Assembly (NCBI GenBank): GCA_018830245.1
Contig: JAHJSW010000033.1
Span: 1 to 43,950, forward strand
Source of the DNA: Nanobdellota archaeon
GTDB lineage: Archaea > Nanobdellota > Nanobdellia > Pacearchaeales > GW2011-AR1
Length of the DNA stretch: 43,950 bases
Direction: 5' to 3'
Shown piece after piece: positions 37,123-43,950 of the stretch (position 1 is the first letter of the stretch; every line of letters begins with the position of its first letter). A model generated the notes under the pieces. The model did no database searches. It had not been told where the DNA came from and saw only the letters and a program-made list of their open reading frames with translations. Both the position numbers and the translations under genes were made by a program.

Positions 37123-38871
37123 ATGATAACCAGAGAACAATTAATAAAAAAATATCTAAATTTTTTCAAATTAAAAGGGCATAAAGAAATCCCAAATGAA
37201 AGCTTAATTCCTGAGAATGATCCAACAACTCTTTTTATCTCTGCAGGAATGCACCCTTTGGTACCATATTTACTCGGACAACCACATCCATTAGGAAAAC
37301 GATTAATGAATCTCCAAAGATGCATCCGGACAGGAGATATTGAAGAAGTTGGAGATTCAACTCACCACACTTTTTTTGAAATGCTTGGAAATTGGAGTTT
37401 AGGAGATTATTGGAAAAAAGAAGCAATCACCTGGAGTTTTGAATTCGGAACAAAAATTTTAAAATTGCCTGTTAAAAGATTATCTGTAAGTTGTTTTAAA
37501 GGAGATACAGATGCCAAAAAAGATGAAGAATCTGCCAAGAGATGGGAGTCTCTAGGAATTCCAAAAGAAAGAATTGTATTCTTATCAAAATCGGAAAACT
37601 GGTGGGGTCCTGCAGGGAAAACAGGACCATGTGGACCAGATACAGAGATATTTTACTGGAAAGACAATACTTCTCCTGCCCCAGAAAAATTTGATCCAAC
37701 AAATAAAAAATGGGTTGAAATCTGGAATGATGTTTTAATGGAATACGTCAAAGATCAAAAAGGAAAATATAATGAAGCAAAACAAAAAAATATAGACAAT
37801 GGAAGAGGCGTAGAAAGAATTTTAGCAGCAATAAACAATTTTGAGGATAATTATTTAACAGAACTTTGGCAGCCAATGATAAAACAAATAGAAAAACTCT
37901 CTAATAAAAAATATCAAAAAAATGAGAAGCCAATGAGAGTGATTGCAGATCATATTAAAGCTTCTGTTTTTATAATCGCAGATGGAATTGTTCCTGGAAA
38001 TTCTGAGCAAGGATATATATTAAGAAGACTCATAAGAAGAGCAATTAGATATGCTAAAGAAATAGGATTAGAAAATTTTACTTCAAAAGTAGCTTTACCT
38101 GTTTTTAAAATCTATGATGACTATCAACATCTACAGAAAAATAAAGAACATATTCTAAAAGAATTAGAAAAAGAAGAAGAAAAATTCAACAAAACTCTAA
38201 AAAAAGGATTAAAAATATTTAACAAATTCTCAAAAAACAAAAAAGAACTTTCAGGGGAGAAAATCTTTTTGCTGTATCAAAGCTATGGTTTTCCGTTTGA
38301 ACTAACAAAAGAGCTAGCAAAAGAAAAGGGAATTAAAATCAACCAAAAGAGCTTTCAAAAAGAATTAGAAAAACATCAAAAACTTTCACGTACTGCGACA
38401 GAAGGAAGATTTAAATCAGGACTTGCAGACAATTCAGAAACAACCACAAAGCTTCACACAGCAACACACTTGTTATTAAAAGCTCTTCAAATAATCTTAA
38501 AAAATGATTCTATAATCCAAAGAGGAAGCAATATAACTTCAGAAAGGTTACGACTTGATTTTTCTTTTCCACGGAAGCTTACAAAAGAAGAATTAGAAAA
38601 AGTAGAAGAATTAGTTAATACGCAAATACAAAATTCTTATGAAATTATCCGTGAAGAAATGCCTCCTAAAAAAGCAATAAAAAAAGGTGCGCGAGGAATT
38701 TTTGATAAAAAATATGGGGAGAAAGTTTCTGTGTATTTGATAGGAGAATTTTCCAAGGAAATTTGTGCAGGACCCCATGTAAAAAATACCTGTGAATTAG
38801 GAGTTTTTAGAATAAAAAAAGAAAGTGCTTCAAGTGCAGGAGTTAGGAGAATCAAGGCCGTACTTGAATAA
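37123..38871 (+). CDS. alaS: Alanyl-tRNA synthetase, short bacterial-like form without C-Ala
   Basis: DPTTLF..AGM, HHTFFEMLGNWS.GDY, GPCGPDTE, editing HTATH/CAGPH, ends AGVRRIKA. Confidence 0.96.
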   Translation: MITREQLIKKYLNFFKLKGHKEIPNESLIPENDPTTLFISAGMHPLVPYLLGQPHPLGKRLMNLQRCIRTGDIEEVGDSTHHTFFEMLGNWSLGDYWKKEAITWSFEFGTKILKLPVKRLSVSCFKGDTDAKKDEESAKRWESLGIPKERIVFLSKSENWWGPAGKTGPCGPDTEIFYWKDNTSPAPEKFDPTNKKWVEIWNDVLMEYVKDQKGKYNEAKQKNIDNGRGVERILAAINNFEDNYLTELWQPMIKQIEKLSNKKYQKNEKPMRVIADHIKASVFIIADGIVPGNSEQGYILRRLIRRAIRYAKEIGLENFTSKVALPVFKIYDDYQHLQKNKEHILKELEKEEEKFNKTLKKGLKIFNKFSKNKKELSGEKIFLLYQSYGFPFELTKELAKEKGIKINQKSFQKELEKHQKLSRTATEGRFKSGLADNSETTTKLHTATHLLLKALQIILKNDSIIQRGSNITSERLRLDFSFPRKLTKEELEKVEELVNTQIQNSYEIIREEMPPKKAIKKGARGIFDKKYGEKVSVYLIGEFSKEICAGPHVKNTCELGVFRIKKESASSAGVRRIKAVLE

Positions 38872-38872
38872 A

Positions 38873-39982
38873 TCAAAGAGGATATACTCCAACCAACCCA
38901 TATTTATTTTCGAGTCGTTTAAATCTTGGTAAAAGATACCAACTAATCTTTCCTTTTTTCTCAATATTTCTTCTTAAAGATTTCCAACTTTGAGCATCTG
39001 GATATTCATAAAAAAAATCACTCATAGAATCTCCTTCTGAGATAAAGATAATTTCTGGTTCTAAGAACAATTTTTCTCCACTAGAATAAGTAATTTCATT
39101 GTCTGTTATTATTGACGGACCAGTTGTTTCTATAAAACAATACCCTGTTTCCATTAAACTATATTCTGCAGAACATTTAACGCCAACTGCTTCATGATTT
39201 TCAAGAGGGTAATAGAAATAAACAGATTCATAACCTAACTCCTTTAATAAAAAAACAAGTAAGTCGGCCTTTTCTCCACAAACCCCTTCTACATCATATA
39301 AAACTTCATAAGGATATCTAGAATAATCTATCTCCTGACTTTTCCCAAAAGAAAGAGTTTTTCCAGAACTTCCAAAAGGAATATTCTGAACAAGGCTTAC
39401 TGCAATTCTTAATTGATCGTCTTTATTTACTGCAAGATTTTGAATTGTTATAACAAGGGGTAATAAAAATTGTCTCTGTTTTTCTTCATTAAGATTTTTT
39501 AATTTAAAATCCTTTCTTGTAATTTTTTCTCCATTTTGATAATTAATAAATTTAGAAAGGGCAGAGGTATAATTTTTCATTCCTTCATAAACAATAAAAT
39601 CAAGAATCTCTTCTTCTCCACGTAATATATATGTTAAATTTACTTTTTTAGGATTTACTTGGTACTCAAAGGTGCATAAATCTCCCTCTTTAATCATATT
39701 TTCCTCACAATCACAAGTAGAGGCTTTTTCTATTAGAAATCCATTATAACAATAATAAGGTTTATTTACTGAACAATTACCATAAGATGTTCCATCTCCA
39801 CAAACAACTATTTCCTCTCTTAATCCAATACCTTTGTAAAAATCATCAATAAGATAAACTCCTCCCAAAATTCCAAGAGATAAAGAAAAAACAAGTAAAA
39901 GAATCAGGGCGTAATTTTTCAAATGCCCGGAATCACTGTTTTTAATTTCTTCAATATTTTCTACACCTTCTTTTTTAACCAT
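38873..39982 (-). CDS. Membrane-anchored transglutaminase-like (papain fold) protein with Cys-rich domain
   Basis: YPYEVL...GVCGEK, NHEAVG, FIETT; CGDGT..GNCS..KPYYC. Confidence 0.75.
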   Translation of the reverse strand: MVKKEGVENIEEIKNSDSGHLKNYALILLLVFSLSLGILGGVYLIDDFYKGIGLREEIVVCGDGTSYGNCSVNKPYYCYNGFLIEKASTCDCEENMIKEGDLCTFEYQVNPKKVNLTYILRGEEEILDFIVYEGMKNYTSALSKFINYQNGEKITRKDFKLKNLNEEKQRQFLLPLVITIQNLAVNKDDQLRIAVSLVQNIPFGSSGKTLSFGKSQEIDYSRYPYEVLYDVEGVCGEKADLLVFLLKELGYESVYFYYPLENHEAVGVKCSAEYSLMETGYCFIETTGPSIITDNEITYSSGEKLFLEPEIIFISEGDSMSDFFYEYPDAQSWKSLRRNIEKKGKISWYLLPRFKRLENKYGLVGVYPL

Positions 39983-40016
39983 GCTCTAAAAACACAAAAG
40001 AATTATAAAAAACTAA

Positions 40017-42455
40017 CTACTCTAAATAAATTCCTGGTTTTCCCGGTTTTGTCTTTTTTGATTTATTTTCAGGATCATATTTCTTTTTATCGTTCACGGC
40101 AAAAATCACAACATCTAATTCAGTTCTTTTCTTAATTAGTTCTAAATTATCTATATAATTCTTTTTCTCGTTTGGTAAAACATAAACATAAACTTTAGAA
40201 GAACTCTTATTTACTAAAGAGAGGACATGATGAATATCTTTAACAAGCTTTTCTACAGCTTCCTCTTGTTTCTCTAAATTCTCGTCAATTTTTTTCTCAT
40301 CAACTTCTGGCCATTTTTCTAAGCTAATAAAATTTTCATTTCCTATTTTTTCCCATAATTCTTCTGTTATATGCGGGCAGAAAGGATGTAAAATCTTTAA
40401 AAATTTCTCAAGTACATCTTTACTATTTTCTTGTGGAAAATAGTTAAACAACTCTCTAATTTTTATTATTGCTAAATTGTACTTGAAATTTTCTAAGTAT
40501 TCTGAAACATCTCTGATCATTTTATTGAGTCTGCTTTCAATTTTTACATTAGACTTTTCAATTTTTACATTGGTATAATACTCTACCACTTTATTCACAA
40601 ATTTAAAATTCCCGACAAGCACCTTTTCATCCCAATGAGTATCAGAATCAAGAGATGCAAAACTCATAAGAGCCAATCTAAGGGAATCAGCTCCGTAATT
40701 TTTAACAACTTCGATAGGATTAATAACATTGCCCAATGATTTTGACATTTTTCTACCATCGCTTGCGTGTAACATTCCTTGGTTAAACAATTTTGCAAAA
40801 GGCTCGTCGAATTTTACAAAACCTAAATCTCTCAAAGCCTTTGTAAAAAATCTCGAATAAAGAAGATGCAAACATGCATGTTCTGCCCCCCCAATATATT
40901 GATCAACTGGCATCCAATAATCAATTTTCTTTTTATCAAAAGGTTTTTTAAAATTTTTACTATCACAATACCTCATATAATACCAAGAAGAATCAAAAAA
41001 AGTATCCATTGTATCTGTCTCTCTTTTTGCTTGTCCTTTGCACTTCGGACATTTAATATTAACAAAACTACTGTTTGTTTTGAGAGGATTTCCCTTACCA
41101 AATTTAACCTTTTCTGGAAGTAAAACAGGCAAATCCTTTTCAGGAATAGGTACAATTCCACATTTATTACAATAAACAATGGGAATTGGAGTCCCCCAAT
41201 ATCTCTGACGAGAAATAAGCCAATCTCTTAATTTATACTGCACTGTTTTCTTTCCTAACTTTTTCTTTTGCAAAAGTTCAGTTATTTTGTTTATAGCCTC
41301 CTTGCTTTTCACCCCGTTAAATTCTTCAGAATTGATTAATTTGCCTTCTCCAGTATAAGCCCTATCTCTTGTAAAATTTCCTTCAATAACTTGTTTAATC
41401 TTAATTTTGTATTTTTTAGCAAATTCCAAATCTCTCTGATCATGTGCAGGAACAGCCATTACCATTCCAGATCCATAATCTGCTATAACAAAATTGCCGG
41501 CATAAACAGGAATTTTTTCATTTGTCAAGGGATTTATTGCATAACTTCCTGTAAAAACACCTTCTTTTTCCAATTCTTCTACATCCTTTTCAGAAACAGA
41601 TTTTATTTTTTTTAAAAATTTCTTAACTTCGTCCTCATAATCTGCTGTAACAATATCCATTAATCTAGAATGTTGAGCAGAGATAACCATAAATGTAACC
41701 CCATAGATTGTATCAGGACGCGTTGTAAAAACAGGCCACTCTTCTTTATTAATTTCAAAATTAATTTCGGTTCCAAAACTCTTACCGATCCAATTTTTCT
41801 GCATTACTTTAATCCTTTTTGGCCAATTTAAAGAATCCGTACAATTTAGAAGCTCATCTGCATATTCAGTAGTTTTAATAAACCATTGCTCTAAGTGTTT
41901 TATTCCTACCTCTGTATTTTTATGATATTCGCACACACCATTATGAACTTGCTCATTCGCAAGAACAGTTTTGCATTTTGGACACCAATTAACAGGAGCC
42001 TTTTTTCTATAAGCAAGTCCTTTTTCTAAAAATTTTAAGAAAAATAATTGGTTCCATTTATAATATTCAGCTTCACAAGAACTCACTATTCTTTTCCAAT
42101 CATAACTCCACCCAAGAGATTTTTGTTGGTTAATAAATGCCGCAATTGATTTTTGAGTGTATTTTTTAGGATGTACCCCCACTTTTATCGCTGCATTTTC
42201 TGCAGGTAAACCAAAAGAATCAAATCCCATTGGATGAAGAACATTTAATCCATTCATTCTCTTAAACCTCGCATAAATATCTCCAAGAGTATAATTCAAT
42301 CCATGACCAATATGCAACCCAGAACCAGAAGGGTAAGGATACATCTCTAAAACATAAAACTTCTTTTTTTTACTCTTTTCACTAACTTCAAAAATCTTTG
42401 TCTCTTCCCATTTCTTCTGCCATTTCTTTTCTATTTGTTTAAAGTTATATGCCAT
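40017..42455 (-). CDS. leuS: Leucyl-tRNA synthetase, bacterial-type core with archaeal-type C-terminus
   Basis: [46 protein letters not shown]; ends YDP...[10 protein letters not shown]. Confidence 0.97.
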   Translation of the reverse strand: MAYNFKQIEKKWQKKWEETKIFEVSEKSKKKKFYVLEMYPYPSGSGLHIGHGLNYTLGDIYARFKRMNGLNVLHPMGFDSFGLPAENAAIKVGVHPKKYTQKSIAAFINQQKSLGWSYDWKRIVSSCEAEYYKWNQLFFLKFLEKGLAYRKKAPVNWCPKCKTVLANEQVHNGVCEYHKNTEVGIKHLEQWFIKTTEYADELLNCTDSLNWPKRIKVMQKNWIGKSFGTEINFEINKEEWPVFTTRPDTIYGVTFMVISAQHSRLMDIVTADYEDEVKKFLKKIKSVSEKDVEELEKEGVFTGSYAINPLTNEKIPVYAGNFVIADYGSGMVMAVPAHDQRDLEFAKKYKIKIKQVIEGNFTRDRAYTGEGKLINSEEFNGVKSKEAINKITELLQKKKLGKKTVQYKLRDWLISRQRYWGTPIPIVYCNKCGIVPIPEKDLPVLLPEKVKFGKGNPLKTNSSFVNIKCPKCKGQAKRETDTMDTFFDSSWYYMRYCDSKNFKKPFDKKKIDYWMPVDQYIGGAEHACLHLLYSRFFTKALRDLGFVKFDEPFAKLFNQGMLHASDGRKMSKSLGNVINPIEVVKNYGADSLRLALMSFASLDSDTHWDEKVLVGNFKFVNKVVEYYTNVKIEKSNVKIESRLNKMIRDVSEYLENFKYNLAIIKIRELFNYFPQENSKDVLEKFLKILHPFCPHITEELWEKIGNENFISLEKWPEVDEKKIDENLEKQEEAVEKLVKDIHHVLSLVNKSSSKVYVYVLPNEKKNYIDNLELIKKRTELDVVIFAVNDKKKYDPENKSKKTKPGKPGIYLE

Positions 42456-42486
42456 GTTATTATTTTGAGTTTTTTGTTTAAATTAT

Positions 42487-42597
42487 TTGCTATAGAGTTC
42501 TCTCACACAAAATTATACAATATCCGCTAAGAATGCGGATCTTATAATAATAAGAGAACTCTTGCTAAAACAAATTCTAAATTTTTAGTCTTAGCAA
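42487..42597 (-). promoter_or_regulatory. Structured leuS leader (putative attenuator)
   Basis: Stems TTGCTAAGAC/GTTTTAGCAA, GAGTTCTCTTA/TGAGAGAACTC, ATTATA/TATAAT, ATCCGC/GCGGAT. Confidence 0.6.
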
Positions 42598-42604
42598 TTT
42601 TCAT
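42542..42604 (-). CDS. Putative leucine-rich leader peptide of leuS (not in ORF track)
   Basis: MKIAKTKNLEFVLARVLLLL*; CTC TTA TTA TTA TAA; TTTAAAAA box 28-29 nt upstream of ATG. Confidence 0.55.
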   Translation of the reverse strand: MKIAKTKNLEFVLARVLLLL

Positions 42605-42625
42605 AATAAATATTACAAAAGCATA

Positions 42626-42635
42626 TTTTTAAATA
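42626..42635. promoter_or_regulatory. Bidirectional TATA box shared by endA and the leuS leader
   Basis: TTTTTAAATA lies 28-29 nt from ATG 42657 (+) and from ATG 42604 (-). Confidence 0.6.
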
Positions 42636-42656
42636 TTGTCATTAATTTTTTAGATA

Positions 42657-43175
42657 ATGGAAAAGATTCAAGCATATCTCACTGGAGAAATCATTTCTAG
42701 TAACAGCTCGGAAGCACGCGCTCTTTACAATAAAAGTTGCTTTGGAGAGCTAATTCAAGGAAAAATCCAGTACTCTCTTTCTGAAGCGCTATTTCTTATT
42801 GAAAAGGGCAAAATGGAAATATTCTCAAGAAATAAAAAAATTCCTAGTAAAGATTTAATAAATAAGTTTATGAGAATAGATAAAAAAATTCAGATTAAAT
42901 ATCCGGTATTCAAGGATTTAAGAGAACGAGGATATGTTGTAAAAACAGCGTTAAAATTTGGTGCAGAATTTAGAATATATGAAAAAGGGGCAAAACCTGG
43001 GAAAAAACACGCTAAATGGATTGTTTTTGCTGATCATGAATCAAAAAAAATAACTTGGCATGAATTCTCTGCAAAAAATAGAGTGGCGCATTCTACAAAA
43101 AAGAAACTTCTTTTAGCAATAGTTGATGAAGAAGGGGATATTACTTATTATGAAGTTCAATGGATAAAACCATAA
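42657..43175 (+). CDS. endA: tRNA-intron endonuclease (single-unit, alpha4-size)
   Basis: DLRERGY..K.ALKFGAEFRIY, KKHAKW, RVAHSTKK, AIVD.EGDITYY. Confidence 0.95.
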   Translation: MEKIQAYLTGEIISSNSSEARALYNKSCFGELIQGKIQYSLSEALFLIEKGKMEIFSRNKKIPSKDLINKFMRIDKKIQIKYPVFKDLRERGYVVKTALKFGAEFRIYEKGAKPGKKHAKWIVFADHESKKITWHEFSAKNRVAHSTKKKLLLAIVDEEGDITYYEVQWIKP

Positions 43176-43214
43176 CATCAAAAACCTTATAAGATATTTA
43201 CTTTTACTCTAAGT

Positions 43215-43931
43215 ATGCCTATACAAAATACACTAGAAACAAAGGAAAAAATCCTTTTTTTTCTGAGAAGAAATGGCCCAAGTTTACCAGTTCATATTGC
43301 AAAAGAGATAGAACAAAGTATACTTTTTACATCAGCCTTTCTCTCTGAACTACTTTCTGAAAAAAAAATAAGATTAAGTAATATGAGAGTTGGAAGTTCT
43401 CCAATTTATTTTCTTTCAGGACAAGAATCTCTTCTTGAAAAATATTCAATTCATCTGAAAAGTAAAGAGAAAGATGCATTTATTTTGTTAAAGGAGGAAA
43501 AATTTCTCATTGACAAAGAACAAGTTCCAGCAATTAGAGTGGCATTAAGAGAAATAAAAGATTTTGCAATCCCATTTAAAAAAAGCGAAAATCTTGTTTG
43601 GAGATATTTGAAAATTCCTGAAAGTGAATTTAAGGGGAAAATAATTCAAATCAGTACAAATACTAAAAAAGAAAAATTAAAGGAAGTTGAAGAAACAAAA
43701 GAAATCCCAATAGAAAAACCCTTTAATGTGAAAAAAAAGACTGTTAAAAAAAAGAAACCTCCTCAAAAAAATAATGAGAAATTTTTCAATAGAGTGAAAG
43801 AATTCCTATTAAAAGAAAGAATAGAGTTAATTGATATAAAAAATTTTAGCAAAAATGAACTTTCTTTAATTGTTAAAGAAGAAGGAAAAGAAATTCTTCT
43901 AGTAGCGTATAATAAAAAAAGGATAAATTGA
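43215..43931 (+). CDS. Hypothetical protein with N-terminal winged-HTH-like domain, possibly truncated
   Basis: GPSLPVHIAKE...SAFLSEL...VGSSPIY; ends abruptly 19 nt from the window end. Confidence 0.75.
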   Translation: MPIQNTLETKEKILFFLRRNGPSLPVHIAKEIEQSILFTSAFLSELLSEKKIRLSNMRVGSSPIYFLSGQESLLEKYSIHLKSKEKDAFILLKEEKFLIDKEQVPAIRVALREIKDFAIPFKKSENLVWRYLKIPESEFKGKIIQISTNTKKEKLKEVEETKEIPIEKPFNVKKKTVKKKKPPQKNNEKFFNRVKEFLLKERIELIDIKNFSKNELSLIVKEEGKEILLVAYNKKRIN

Positions 43932-43950
43932 GAATAATTTATTAAAAAAA

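Noticed and set aside
42456..42604. T-box riboswitch upstream of leuS
   Set aside because: No T-box consensus (GGTGGNACCGCG) or stem I motifs, and the region is too short

Overview
AT-rich, densely packed archaeal DNA, most consistent with a DPANN genome (Pacearchaeota/Woesearchaeota-like). Archaeal markers are aIF-1A, TFE, EndA, GatDE, Taw3, DUF424 and archaeal-type ProRS, and most genes have a TATA box about 27-29 nt upstream of a leaderless ATG. The window is dominated by tRNA-charging genes: gatA/B/C, gatD/E, aspS, proS, alaS, leuS, tRNA-Asn(GTT) and tRNA-Arg(TCG). It also holds ftsZ, disA next to a DHH phosphoesterase, deoxyhypusine synthase next to a PLP decarboxylase, and a probably imported helicase/receiver-domain block. 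The best candidate for an undescribed system is an unannotated 20-aa leader peptide ending in four tandem Leu codons, embedded in a long hairpin directly upstream of leuS, which looks like leucine-sensing attenuation in an archaeon. Other highlights are two further structured RNA leaders (upstream of ftsZ, and a three-hairpin element with a duplicated loop motif downstream of disA-DHH), parallel loss of the GAD domain from both AspRS and GatE, a bacterial/archaeal chimeric LeuRS, a 31-aa hyper-acidic CxxCxxC peptide, and a TFE with a histone-H1-like tail. All family calls come from motif recognition by eye and all RNA pairings were read by hand; no searches or folding computations were run.
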